A stretch of 43,910 nt of DNA, taken from Clostridiales bacterium (GTDB lineage: Bacteria; Bacillota; Clostridia; Saccharofermentanales; Saccharofermentanaceae). Shown here piece by piece: positions 18,119 to 28,162 of this stretch. The stretch is taken from NCBI GenBank assembly GCA_024691135.1, contig JAILNZ010000014.1:1-43910 (forward strand). The letters run 5' to 3'. Every line of letters begins with the position of its first letter. The first letter of the stretch is position 1. The notes below the pieces were generated by a model, which saw nothing but the letters and a program-made list of their open reading frames with translations, did not search any database and was not told the DNA's origin. The position numbers were made by a program, and so were the translations under genes.

Positions 18119-18832
18119 ATGAATATAGCATTGCTTACTGCAGGCGGAACGGGATCGCGCATGGGGCAGGATATCCCTAAGCAGTTCATTCATGTCGAGA
18201 ACAAACCTTTGATAATACATACGATGGAGGCTTTTCAGAAGCATCCGAGCATCGATGCGATAATAGTTGCGACTCTTCCTTCATGGGTGGATGTCGTTAA
18301 GGCATATGCCAAGCAGTTCGGCGTAGATAAGCTCCGCTGGGTAGTCCCGGGCGGCGCAACGGGCCAGGAGTCCATCTATAACGGACTTATGGCACTCAAG
18401 GAAGAATGCAGCGAAGATGACGTCGTTATGGTCCATGACGGCAACAGATGTCTGGTCTCGAGCGAGATCATCTCGGACAGCATGGCAACATTCAAGAAGC
18501 ACGGAAGTGCCGTAGCCGCGATCCCTTGTGTGGAAGCGGTCTTCAGGAGCAACGATAACGGAGAGTCTTCCGACCAGTCGATCCCGAGAGATCAGCTGTT
18601 CAGGACTCAGACCCCTCATACATATACGTTAGGGAAACTTCTCTGGGCTCATGAGGAAGCAAAGAAGAAGGGGATTACCAATACCGCTGCCTCCTGTACC
18701 CTTATGTGGGAATTGGGAGAGAAGGTATACTTTTCGAGAGGTTCGGAAGAGAATCTCAAGATCACGACCATGGATGACATGATGATCTTCAAGGCATTAT
18801 TGAAGGTCAAGAAAGACGACTGGCTCAAATAA
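18119..18832 (+). CDS. IspD/TarI-family cytidylyltransferase (polyol/pentulose-phosphate CDP transferase)
   Basis: Motifs AGGTGSRMG...PKQF, HDGNR, QTP and NLKITT. GAGGTG RBS before ATG 18119. Confidence 0.9.
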   Translation: MNIALLTAGGTGSRMGQDIPKQFIHVENKPLIIHTMEAFQKHPSIDAIIVATLPSWVDVVKAYAKQFGVDKLRWVVPGGATGQESIYNGLMALKEECSEDDVVMVHDGNRCLVSSEIISDSMATFKKHGSAVAAIPCVEAVFRSNDNGESSDQSIPRDQLFRTQTPHTYTLGKLLWAHEEAKKKGITNTAASCTLMWELGEKVYFSRGSEENLKITTMDDMMIFKALLKVKKDDWLK

Positions 18833-19851
18833 TGAAGGTCAACGGCGAATACAGAAACGACATGGACCGTGTGATAAAGCACGTTCCGGGGATCGAGAGA
18901 CTTAAGGGCAAGAAGGTGTTCCTGACAGGATGTACGGGAATGCTCGTATCGCCCGTCGCGGATATACTCTTTCATCTTAACGAAGCATACGGTTACGGCA
19001 TCAGGGTCATCCTCGCGGCCAGAAATATGGAAAGAACGAAGAAGAGGTTCGAAGGTAAGGACTTTGAGTTCGTCCAATATGATGCGACGAGTTCCGATCC
19101 GATAGATATCGATACCGATCTTATAATCCACGGCGCGAGCAACGCGAATCCCGCGGCATATACGAAGGAACCTGTCGAGACGATGCTCGCAAATACGACG
19201 GGGCTTAAGGTCCTTCTGGATCTGGCGAGGAAAAATGATGCGAGGATCCTTTATGTATCATCAAGCGAAGTCTATGGAAAAAAGGACAATTCCGATCCGT
19301 TCCCGGAAGACTACTACGGATCAGTCGACATCCTTAATCCGAGAGCCTGCTATCCGAACGCCAAGAGGATGGCCGAGACGATGTGCGTTGCTTATTCGGA
19401 GGAATACGGTATCGATCCGGTGATCGTAAGGCCGGGCCATATCTACGGACCTACGATAACCGAGTCCGACAGCAGGGCGACGGCGCAGTTTACGAGAAAA
19501 GCCGCAAACGGCGAAGACATCGTCATGAAGAGCATGGGAACGCAGCTCCGGTCATACTGCTATATGTTAGACTGCGCATCGGCCGTCTTATGTGTTCTCT
19601 TAAACGGTGAGAAAAATACCGCATATAACATCTCGAATCCCGGTTCGGTCTGTTCGATCAGGGATATAGCTGAGGCTCTTGCAAGAGCAGGCAATGTAAA
19701 AGTGGTCTTCGATGTTCCTTCGGATACCGAGAAGAAGGGCTATAACCTCATGGACAACTCTTCTCTGAGATCCGAGCGGCTCGAGTCTCTCGGCTGGCGC
19801 GCCGAGTTCTCATTAGATGAAGGGGCAGCCAGGACTTTACGTCAATTTTAA
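18832..19851 (+). CDS. NAD-dependent epimerase/dehydratase (extended SDR); probable CDP-pentulose reductase (Abp2-like)
   Basis: Motifs TGCTGML, SSSEVYG and YPNAK (YxxxK). TAATG stop/start overlap with the IspD-like gene. Confidence 0.8.
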   Translation: MKVNGEYRNDMDRVIKHVPGIERLKGKKVFLTGCTGMLVSPVADILFHLNEAYGYGIRVILAARNMERTKKRFEGKDFEFVQYDATSSDPIDIDTDLIIHGASNANPAAYTKEPVETMLANTTGLKVLLDLARKNDARILYVSSSEVYGKKDNSDPFPEDYYGSVDILNPRACYPNAKRMAETMCVAYSEEYGIDPVIVRPGHIYGPTITESDSRATAQFTRKAANGEDIVMKSMGTQLRSYCYMLDCASAVLCVLLNGEKNTAYNISNPGSVCSIRDIAEALARAGNVKVVFDVPSDTEKKGYNLMDNSSLRSERLESLGWRAEFSLDEGAARTLRQF

Positions 19852-21061
19852 GAGGCTTAGCTTCAAGATCACAGAATGACAGGTATATGAGAAGGCTATA
19901 TCCTATCTCGAAAATGTGATGCTCGACCGCACAGTCGAACGCGAAGACGAAAAGCACGAACATCGCATAATAGTTCTTTGCACGGAAGAGCCTTATTTCT
20001 GCTATAAAGAATACGAGCATTACCATCGAGAAGATGAAGTAGCCTTCCCTCAAAAGAAGCTTGATATAGGAGATATCTATGAAGAAGTACTCCTCCTGCG
20101 AGACGGTTCCTTCCTGAACGCCTCCGTTTCCGACTTCTCTTATCGCAGTTCCCCAAGGTTCAACCGGGTAATCGCGGAGAGCCTGCTGACCGTATATGAA
20201 GCGCAGCTTGATCGTCCTCAGCGCATGGATGTTGTTGACCGCAAGCTTGGGGCTACTCGTATATGTCAACGTGAGGATATACATTAAGGCTGCAAAGATA
20301 AAAAACGACAGGGTCGATACGGCGAAGACATCTCTGGTGAACCTCTGGGGGATCTTCTGCTTCGGAAGGACATGCTGATAAAAAAGCGTCCCGACCATAA
20401 GAAGGAACATGCACGCAAGTCCGATCTTTGCACCGATAAAGAATACGTTTACGACAAGGATGAGGAGTGTCCCCATATATTCCCAGATGGTGAGCTTTCC
20501 CTTGCGGATGATATAATAGACCATCGTCAGCGTCAGTACGTGGCAGAAAAGATCCGTGGAATAGATAGATCCGAAGGAGTGGCTTCTTCCGCTCCTGTAA
20601 ACGATGTCGGAGATATATCCGGTCTGCGAAGCGACGGCGCTTACCAGGATCCAGGCCCACCCGGAGATCAGGGCCGTTATGCCGATCTTCTTATAGGATT
20701 TACCGTAAGAAGAGATTATGAGCATGACAAATACGAGATACTGCCTGTAAGTTATGACCTCTCTGTTCCTGTCATAGAGAGCCACGATGACGAGCATCAA
20801 TACGGCCATGGCCTTATATGAGATCTTTGGGATCAGGAATATTATCGTGAATACGGTTAAAACGAGAAGGACCGTCGTGAGCCTGTTATACCAAAGCTCG
20901 AATATATCGTTATAGATATAGAGCCGCTCCTTCGAAAACATCGTCGTACGCATGAAATGGTAGTTGAAAAAAAGAATGAACAGGACATAATACAACACGT
21001 TTATTGGCGCGCTGAAATTGATACCTTTGGATAGGAGCTTACTTTCTTTTACCGGTTCCAT
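19748..21061 (-). CDS. Wzy-like polysaccharide polymerase, paralogue A
   Basis: About 10-11 TM segments, RSHSFG loop, late loop IDISYIKLL, polysaccharide-locus context. Start set at MEPVK. Confidence 0.6.
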   Translation of the reverse strand: MEPVKESKLLSKGINFSAPINVLYYVLFILFFNYHFMRTTMFSKERLYIYNDIFELWYNRLTTVLLVLTVFTIIFLIPKISYKAMAVLMLVIVALYDRNREVITYRQYLVFVMLIISSYGKSYKKIGITALISGWAWILVSAVASQTGYISDIVYRSGRSHSFGSIYSTDLFCHVLTLTMVYYIIRKGKLTIWEYMGTLLILVVNVFFIGAKIGLACMFLLMVGTLFYQHVLPKQKIPQRFTRDVFAVSTLSFFIFAALMYILTLTYTSSPKLAVNNIHALRTIKLRFIYGQQALRDYPVEPWGTAIREVGNGGVQEGTVSQEEYFFIDISYIKLLLREGYFIFSMVMLVFFIAEIRLFRAKNYYAMFVLFVFAFDCAVEHHIFEIGYSLLIYLSFCDLEAKPLKIDVKSWLPLHLMRTRRASRETRAARISEKSCP

Positions 21062-21200
21062 GCACAGAGTATACAACAAAAAAGGCCTTCTTGCTATTTC
21101 GGAAAGCCCTTTATCAGAGGCATAATTAGGGCAAACATAACAAAACCGCCCGAAACGTGATATACTCACTCATATTAAAAGACCGCATCAGGGAGATCAG

Positions 21201-22739
21201 ATGGCAAAGCAGGTATCTTTAAAAAAGAACTTTATCATGAACGCGATACTGTCGTTGTCGTCGTTTATCTTTCCTCTTATCACTTATCCATATATCAACA
21301 GGGTCCTCGAGACTTTGAACAAGGGAAAGGTCATTACGGCAACCTCCGTCATATCGTACTTCGTCATGTTCTCCCAGCTCGGCATCCCCGCCTACGGTGT
21401 CAAGCTCTGCGCTTCAGTCAGAGACGACAAGGAGAAACTGTCGAAGGCAGTCCACGAACTCCTTCTCATAAATCTCGCCATCGCGGTCATCGCATACATA
21501 GGGTTATTCGGGACGGTCCTCCTGATACCTTCGTTCAGGAGCGAGATCACGCTCTTCGCCGTAATGTGTCCGAACATCCTTCTCTCGGCCCTCGGAATAG
21601 AATGGCTCTATAAAGCACTCGAAAAATACGATTACATCACGGTCAGGTCCCTCATCTTCAAGGTCATCGCGGTCATATCGATGTTCCTTCTCGTAAATAA
21701 GAGGGAAGATTATGTCATATACGGCGGCATCACGATCTTCGCTTCCACCGCCTCATCGATATTAAACTTCATTAATGCCCGTAAATATATCTATTTTCGA
21801 AAACTCGACGGCTACAACTTTAAGCGGCACTTCAAGGCAACTCTCGCCTTCTTCGCGATGAGCTGCGCAACAACCGTCTACCTCCATCTCGACACTCTCA
21901 TGCTCAAGTTCCTGTCGGGCACGAGCGACGAGGGCTTCAGCCAGACGGCCGTCTACGATACGGCAGTCAAGGTCAAATCCATCCTCACATCGATAGTTAC
22001 GTCCCTCGGCGCAGTCCTTTTGCCGAGAGCATCCTACTACTTCCAGCAGAACCGCATGGACGAGTTCAGGAAGATAACAAAGAAAGCTTTAAACCTTGTC
22101 TTTGTCCTCTCCCTTCCTTTGATGGTCTACTTCATGTTCTATGCCAGGGACGCGGTCCTCTTTATCTCACCGAAGTCATTCCTGGGCGCTGTCCTTCCGA
22201 TGCAGACGATCATGCCGACCATCGTATTTATCGGCATTACGAACATCATCGGATTTCAGATCCTCATACCTTCAGGCAGGATCAACGTGGTCCTTAAATC
22301 AGTTGTCCTCGGAGCCGTTGTCGATCTCGTCTTCAACTTCGCCCTTATCCCGTTCATCCAGTGTGAGGGTGCGGCCATAGGAACACTCTTAGCCGAGATC
22401 GCGGTACTCATTTACCAGCTCATTTACATGTACAGGCACAGGGACATCGTGGACATAATCCCCGTCATCAAGAACATCAGTTTCTGGAAGATCGCCATAG
22501 CGATCGTCATATCCTCCGCCTGCTGCATCGTATTCAAGTTCTGGCAGATCCCCGTAAAGACCGACAAGACGATGCTGATCGCATTCGTAAATCTCGCCGT
22601 CTCGGCGATCGCCTTCTTCATCCCTTACTGCGCCGTCATGCTCCTTCTGAAGGAAACGATGGCGGTCGAAGCCGTTAACACGATAGCGGGGAAGATCAAG
22701 GGATTGACCGGAAAGCTCAGGAAGAGCAAAGCCGAATAA
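21201..22739 (+). CDS. wzx: Wzx flippase (PST family)
   Basis: Motifs SLKKNFIMN...IFPLITYPY, QLGIPAYG, VLLPRAS and GAAIGTL; more than 12 TM segments. Confidence 0.9.
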   Translation: MAKQVSLKKNFIMNAILSLSSFIFPLITYPYINRVLETLNKGKVITATSVISYFVMFSQLGIPAYGVKLCASVRDDKEKLSKAVHELLLINLAIAVIAYIGLFGTVLLIPSFRSEITLFAVMCPNILLSALGIEWLYKALEKYDYITVRSLIFKVIAVISMFLLVNKREDYVIYGGITIFASTASSILNFINARKYIYFRKLDGYNFKRHFKATLAFFAMSCATTVYLHLDTLMLKFLSGTSDEGFSQTAVYDTAVKVKSILTSIVTSLGAVLLPRASYYFQQNRMDEFRKITKKALNLVFVLSLPLMVYFMFYARDAVLFISPKSFLGAVLPMQTIMPTIVFIGITNIIGFQILIPSGRINVVLKSVVLGAVVDLVFNFALIPFIQCEGAAIGTLLAEIAVLIYQLIYMYRHRDIVDIIPVIKNISFWKIAIAIVISSACCIVFKFWQIPVKTDKTMLIAFVNLAVSAIAFFIPYCAVMLLLKETMAVEAVNTIAGKIKGLTGKLRKSKAE

Positions 22740-22759
22740 CAGGCGGTTTTATCAAAAAC

Positions 22760-22796
22760 AAAGGGTGTTTCAAACCGAAGTTTGAAACACCCTTTT
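22760..22796. terminator. Bidirectional intrinsic terminator between convergent genes
   Basis: AAAGGGTGTTTCAAAC-CGAA-GTTTGAAACACCCTTT, a perfect 16-bp stem. Confidence 0.85.
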
Positions 22797-22822
22797 CTTG
22801 AGTTTATTTGCCCCGACTTATT

Positions 22823-25786
22823 TTATTTTCTGATACCGTAACTCTTGCAGATCTCCGTGAATTCAGGTGATGCCACAAAACTGTTGAAGATGTCGTTTCT
22901 GGTGGCTCCGTTAGCCATTGAGTTGAGCCAGAAGGTGAGTCCTCCGTCATCAGCCTCACGGCCCATGAATGTCGTGTAAAGTCTCTTTATGTATTCTCTG
23001 TCGTTAAGTCCGAATCCGGTGAACTCGCCTGATTCAAAGAAGAGGCGTGCGGCATCGGAACCGGATGTTTCCTGGTTGGTAAGAGCGAGGCTCCAGAACA
23101 TGAGACCTTCCTGCTCGGCCTCGCGTCCGAGACAGCATGTGTACAGACGCTCGGCGAATGCCTTGGCATTAGCGGAAGGTATCGTTGCCTTGGCTCTTGT
23201 TGCTCCGGATCTGACACCGAAAGAAGCGCAGATGTTGCACCACTCGGTGGAGTTGATGAATCCGTCGACTACCGTATCTTTTCCTGCGACCTTGAGAGAA
23301 TTGAGCCAGAAAGCGGTTCCTTCAGGATCGTCCTTATAGTTTCTGGCGAAGAATGTCTGATAGAGGATACCGATGAACTGCTCGTCGGTCATATTCTTGG
23401 AGAGGAACTCAGGGCTTAAGAGGAACGACTTGGCGCAGTCCGCACCTGTCAGGTTGCCTGCGCTGACGTTTGCTACCCAGAAGTTCTTGCCGTCTTCTTC
23501 GGAAGGACGGCCCAAAGCCACATTATAAAGTCTTTCTACAAATCCGCCGAAGGATGCGCTGTCATCATCGACAGGCGGTGTGGTCGGTTCCGGCGGTGTA
23601 GGTGACGCAGGCGTTCCCGTAACATCCGGCGAAGAAGGCTTAGGCGGATATCTGTTGTTCGAGCAGTTGGATTCCGCGTAGTACCAGGTCTTGTATTCGC
23701 CGCTATAGGTATTATTCAGTATCGAACTGTCTTTGCAGTTATTAAGATAGATACCTTCTCTTCCGTACTTAAGGTCGTTATTATCGATCTTGGAATTCGT
23801 GATATCCTTTAAGATGATCGCCGTGTTCTGAGAAGATGCATCGACCTTGTTGCCCGTGAAGGTCACGGTCGCGGAAGTCAGGTTAACTGCGCATCCGGTG
23901 AACGTGTTATCTGTCGCGGTGATCTTTGCTCCGCCCTTGCAGTACAAACCGTATTTTGTGCATCCGGATACGGAATTATCCTTGATCGTAACGGTGGAAT
24001 CATTTACCGAGATGCCCTGTTCCGCGGAAGCACCCCTGATATCCATCTTGTTGGATTCAATTGTGACGGAATCACTGTCTTCGACATAGATATAATTCTT
24101 GCTCACGTTGCTCGAGAAGGAGTTTCCGGAAAGGATGATCTTCTGGCCTTTGCTTTTGATATAAGCAGCGTTCTCACATTCACTCGTACTGATCGTGTTG
24201 TCCTTGAATGTAACCGGACCTGCGGGGTTATTGATATTGATCGCCTGAACTTTCTTTGTGGTGATCACGTTGTTCTCCGCAACGAAGGAAGGGGAATCGG
24301 AGAAATTCACACGGCCGTTGATCGTGTTCGAGTAAAGCTTTATGGAGGAGTTACTGCAATAGAAACTGCCGTTTATTTCTTCGAAGCCGATGACAGCGTC
24401 GGAGTCATAGACGGAGATCGGATTCTCGCCGCCTGTGATAGTAAAATCGTTCTTCTTTTCGGAAGAGATGTTATTGAATGTAACATTCGTGCTTTCCTTT
24501 ACAAGAACGGCGTTATCCGTGGAATTCTCGGACTTGTTTTCCGTAAATGTTATCGTGTCGACTTTCTGGACCAGGATATTTGCATTTATAGCCCTGGAAG
24601 GATCGTCTTTGTCACATCCGCTTATCTCGTTCTTCTCGACGGTTACATTTGTTGCATCGATAAGATAGAGAGGATTGACGATCTGGTTTATCGGATCGTC
24701 CTCAGTTATCATGCCCGATATCCTGTTGGAAGATATGACAAGATCAGAGACGTCTTCCGTGATGAGGAAGAAGCCCGAATCGCTGCAGGTGTTACCGCTT
24801 ACAGTTACGTTAGAGTAGCTGTAAAGGGAGACACAGGCGGTCTTTACGGAACGGAATGTGTTGTCCTTTATGGTGATGTCCGTACCCTTGATGTCGGATG
24901 AGAGGTGATGTGTTCCGACGCCTCTTACGACACCCTCAAATGTGCATGAGCTGATGACGATGTTTGAAGGACCGGTTCCGTCCAGAAGGTAGAGATCATC
25001 TTCGCCTTCAGCATTCATGAAATCCAGGTGGATGGCTTCGATTGACCGGTGCCTGGAGATGACCTTATCTTCAGAGAATGGCCCCATGTAGAATTCTTCC
25101 GATGTTCCGCCGTATTTTACAAAGCCGGAGAAAGTACATGAATCAACAAGGACATTTTTACAGCCGCTGACGTTGAGCATGTGTCCGATCGAATCCGAGA
25201 AGGAAGTGTTCCTGATGATGATGTTATTACAGTGATTGAACCTGACAGGTCCGTTATAGTTCTGTGAGGCAGCGGCATTGCCGATGAGGGATCCGCCTTC
25301 GATGAAGATGTTCTTGGCGAGATCATATCCGCCTATGGTTGCCATGTCACCCGAATCAGGCTGGGCATATAAAAGAAGACCGGAGTCTGTCGCGCGGACC
25401 AGCTTGGCGTCATCCGAGAGGTTTAAGAACGTGTTCGAATAGATAACAAGAGGACAGTCGATATTATAAGTTCCGTCGGCGATGTTTATCTGAACGAGGA
25501 CCGAATCGTCCTCATTTATTGCCTTATCAAGAAGCCCCTGAAGCGTTACAGGTGCTGTCTCGCCTTCCGTGTCTTCCGGCGGATAGTCATATTCCTTGAT
25601 AGTTGTATATCCGATGTCGTCTTTCTCCGTTATCGTTTCCGGAGCCTCCATGACGACGGGGGTTACTATCTCAGGTTCATCTCCGCCCGAAGGCTCGTCT
25701 CCGTCTGCTCTGACTGAGATCGGCAAGAGCACGAATAACAGGGTTCCCGTAAGTAAAAGGGAAAGGATAAGACCAAAACGTTTCAT
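22823..25786 (-). CDS. Secreted right-handed parallel beta-helix protein with C-terminal DUF4214-like repeats
   Basis: Signal peptide ending VRA-D; many 'I.I..N.F/I' beta-helix coils; EAIHLD; Pro-rich linker; then FVERLYNVALGR..E..G..FW and FAERLYTCCLGR..E..GL.FW repeats. GAGGAGG RBS. Confidence 0.8.
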   Translation of the reverse strand: MKRFGLILSLLLTGTLLFVLLPISVRADGDEPSGGDEPEIVTPVVMEAPETITEKDDIGYTTIKEYDYPPEDTEGETAPVTLQGLLDKAINEDDSVLVQINIADGTYNIDCPLVIYSNTFLNLSDDAKLVRATDSGLLLYAQPDSGDMATIGGYDLAKNIFIEGGSLIGNAAASQNYNGPVRFNHCNNIIIRNTSFSDSIGHMLNVSGCKNVLVDSCTFSGFVKYGGTSEEFYMGPFSEDKVISRHRSIEAIHLDFMNAEGEDDLYLLDGTGPSNIVISSCTFEGVVRGVGTHHLSSDIKGTDITIKDNTFRSVKTACVSLYSYSNVTVSGNTCSDSGFFLITEDVSDLVISSNRISGMITEDDPINQIVNPLYLIDATNVTVEKNEISGCDKDDPSRAINANILVQKVDTITFTENKSENSTDNAVLVKESTNVTFNNISSEKKNDFTITGGENPISVYDSDAVIGFEEINGSFYCSNSSIKLYSNTINGRVNFSDSPSFVAENNVITTKKVQAININNPAGPVTFKDNTISTSECENAAYIKSKGQKIILSGNSFSSNVSKNYIYVEDSDSVTIESNKMDIRGASAEQGISVNDSTVTIKDNSVSGCTKYGLYCKGGAKITATDNTFTGCAVNLTSATVTFTGNKVDASSQNTAIILKDITNSKIDNNDLKYGREGIYLNNCKDSSILNNTYSGEYKTWYYAESNCSNNRYPPKPSSPDVTGTPASPTPPEPTTPPVDDDSASFGGFVERLYNVALGRPSEEDGKNFWVANVSAGNLTGADCAKSFLLSPEFLSKNMTDEQFIGILYQTFFARNYKDDPEGTAFWLNSLKVAGKDTVVDGFINSTEWCNICASFGVRSGATRAKATIPSANAKAFAERLYTCCLGREAEQEGLMFWSLALTNQETSGSDAARLFFESGEFTGFGLNDREYIKRLYTTFMGREADDGGLTFWLNSMANGATRNDIFNSFVASPEFTEICKSYGIRK

Positions 25787-25949
25787 ATCAATTCCTCCTC
25801 GATCTTGAACTATATAAAGATTATTTTACAGTAAATAATTTGCTTTCATATTAACAATATATGAACTAGCAATTAAGTGTTTCAAATAAGGGTTTCCATT
25901 CTTGATACCTTGGTATATCATTATTGAGTTTGAAAGGGTGGTGCCAAGC

Positions 25950-26921
25950 ATGGAAAAACAACCGTTGATATCAGTAATTATACCAGTATATAACGTGGAA
26001 GAGTTTATGGATCAATGCATAAGATCCGTAGTTGAACAGACTTATAAGAATCTGGAGATAATACTTGCAGACGACGGTTCTACGGATCGAAGCGGCAGCA
26101 AGTGTGACGAATGGGCGAAGAGAGACTTAAGGATCAGGGTGATCCACAAGGAAAACGGCGGCCTGTCAGACGCCAGAAATGCCGGAATGGCGGTAGCGAA
26201 GGGCGATTATATAGGCTTTGTCGATTCTGACGACTATATCTCTGAAGATATGTATGAGATACTCCTTAACCTTTGTATCGAAAACGATGTTCCGCTTTCA
26301 TGTATCCGGTATGATACTGTCGGAAAAGGATATAACCCTCCGCGCGAAAACGGGATAAAAGAGATCGTATCAGCTCATAAGATGCTCACGATGATCACAT
26401 GGCCGTGGAACTATCCCGAAATGTATGCGGCAATGAACGTTATGTCGAGACTTTACAGAAGAGATATCCTTGAGGGAATGTCGTTTCCCAAGGGGAGAGT
26501 ATATGAGGATATTACTTTCAGTACCGAAGTGCTGCAGAAAGCGGAAAAAATAGCTTATTACAATAAGGCTCTCTACCATCACAGGTCAAGGGAAGACAGT
26601 ATAACCGGAAAAGACAGGTCTTTCAGCATGAAGTGTTTTACCGACAGGACCCCTCAGATCGAAAAGCAGATCAAGATGCTGAAAAGCTACGGATATAACG
26701 ACCTGGTCGTCATGTGCAGATACAGGGCGGCCATGGAGCTTTACAGACTGAAATATCATTGCAGCGATGAGGAGATCAGGATACTGATCGATAAGGAGAT
26801 CGGGAAGATGAAGCCTCCGCTCACAGATATTTTGAGATATATCCCGGGAATGAAGAGCAAGCTGATGACGTCCGTAAAGACGGTATTTCTCGGCCTGTAT
26901 GTAAAGAAAAAATATAAGTAA
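25950..26921 (+). CDS. GT2 family glycosyltransferase
   Basis: Motifs ISVIIPVYN, DDGSTD, NGGLSDARN, FVDSDD and YED. Confidence 0.9.
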   Translation: MEKQPLISVIIPVYNVEEFMDQCIRSVVEQTYKNLEIILADDGSTDRSGSKCDEWAKRDLRIRVIHKENGGLSDARNAGMAVAKGDYIGFVDSDDYISEDMYEILLNLCIENDVPLSCIRYDTVGKGYNPPRENGIKEIVSAHKMLTMITWPWNYPEMYAAMNVMSRLYRRDILEGMSFPKGRVYEDITFSTEVLQKAEKIAYYNKALYHHRSREDSITGKDRSFSMKCFTDRTPQIEKQIKMLKSYGYNDLVVMCRYRAAMELYRLKYHCSDEEIRILIDKEIGKMKPPLTDILRYIPGMKSKLMTSVKTVFLGLYVKKKYK

Positions 26922-26923
26922 GA

Positions 26924-28162
26924 TCAGTTGTTGATGTACGAAGAGATGAACGGTCTGTCGAAGTCGAGTTCCGCGAACATCAGGTAAGCGAAGACGCAGT
27001 AGGCGGGGTCGATCATGTTGTGGTCAACGGCGCAGACCAGCGAAAAGAGCATTACCACGAACATCGGGTAGAACTGCCTTTCCCTGTAAAGGCGGATCTC
27101 AAGGGCCGTGAAGAGGGTTATGACCGCAGCGAGCATGACATAGCCGTTATGGAAAAGCAGCCTCATGTATGAAACGTCCAGGACGAAGTATGAATCGTCG
27201 TAGACCTGCTGTCTTAAGTTCGCGATCTCGCCGAACTCGCGGACCTTCTGGCCGAAAGGCAGTATCCGGTAGTTCGAGAAGGCGTATTTTCCGCAGTTGA
27301 TCTTAAGTGCGATGAGCTTGAACACGTCGTTTCCGGAAGCGAGCTTCTCGATAAAGGACGGGGTCAGGATGAACGTCAGGTAGATCGTCAGAGCCGACAC
27401 CACGATATATGAGATGATCATGAAAAGACCGAACGGCGCGACGACGAACTTCTTTCTGATCGAAGGGATGTTTCCGGCACCGAATTTGTAGATCAATGTC
27501 ACGACGATCAGTACGAGATATGAGATAAAGCCGATATCGGATCTGATAAAGACGGCCGAGAGAACGAGTAATATGAAGCTCATTATGATCGAAGGGAGCC
27601 CGGGACGGCCGGTCCTTATGATAAAAAGGAGCGTTGTCATCGTGAAGATATGGCACATCAGGTCCTCGGCGCATAGGATGCCGTAGCCGTGGCCTCCGTT
27701 AAAGCTGATCACGTCGCGGAGGATGCCGGCCTTGCAGAAGATTAACGAAGCGAAAAGCCAGATGAACCCGCTTAGAAGGGACATGTAGCCGATGAGCTTG
27801 AAGGATTTCTTTTTCGAGCAGATCGCGAGGAGGAAAAAGACCAGGATGTCGTTATTGTATGTGCCTCCGCGCATGACCGTGTAGGCGATCGCGGCACCGA
27901 AGAGGACCGCAGGTAAGATCCGCTCCTTCCAGGAATCAAAAAGGAGGATGATCGTTACGACAGATAAGCCGATAAGGAAGAACGTAACGATATTCATGGC
28001 GCGCTCGAGCATGCCGTGGTAATTCCAGAACGTCTGGTTATAGAACATCGTCGTTGTCAGGAAAAGATAATTGAACGCGATGAAATAAAGGGCATAATAC
28101 ATGCCGTCGAGAAAGTTCATGCACTGAACGTTACATTTTATCGATCGTATCCTCTCACTCAT
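26924..28162 (-). CDS. Wzy-like polytopic membrane protein, paralogue B
   Basis: Co-linear similarity to 19748-21061: FNY.F..TTMF, DL.CH..T, YF..D.SY..LL and AV(D/E)H. Confidence 0.6.
   Translation of the reverse strand: MSERIRSIKCNVQCMNFLDGMYYALYFIAFNYLFLTTTMFYNQTFWNYHGMLERAMNIVTFFLIGLSVVTIILLFDSWKERILPAVLFGAAIAYTVMRGGTYNNDILVFFLLAICSKKKSFKLIGYMSLLSGFIWLFASLIFCKAGILRDVISFNGGHGYGILCAEDLMCHIFTMTTLLFIIRTGRPGLPSIIMSFILLVLSAVFIRSDIGFISYLVLIVVTLIYKFGAGNIPSIRKKFVVAPFGLFMIISYIVVSALTIYLTFILTPSFIEKLASGNDVFKLIALKINCGKYAFSNYRILPFGQKVREFGEIANLRQQVYDDSYFVLDVSYMRLLFHNGYVMLAAVITLFTALEIRLYRERQFYPMFVVMLFSLVCAVDHNMIDPAYCVFAYLMFAELDFDRPFISSYINN

Noticed and set aside
18119-18832. Housekeeping MEP-pathway ispD
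   Set aside because: It is coupled to an SDR inside a LicD-containing glycan locus with no ispF, so CDP-polyol synthesis is more plausible.
22766-22789. parS-like TGTTTCA...TGAAACA
   Set aside because: The arms are separated by 10 nt rather than 2, and it is part of a bidirectional terminator.
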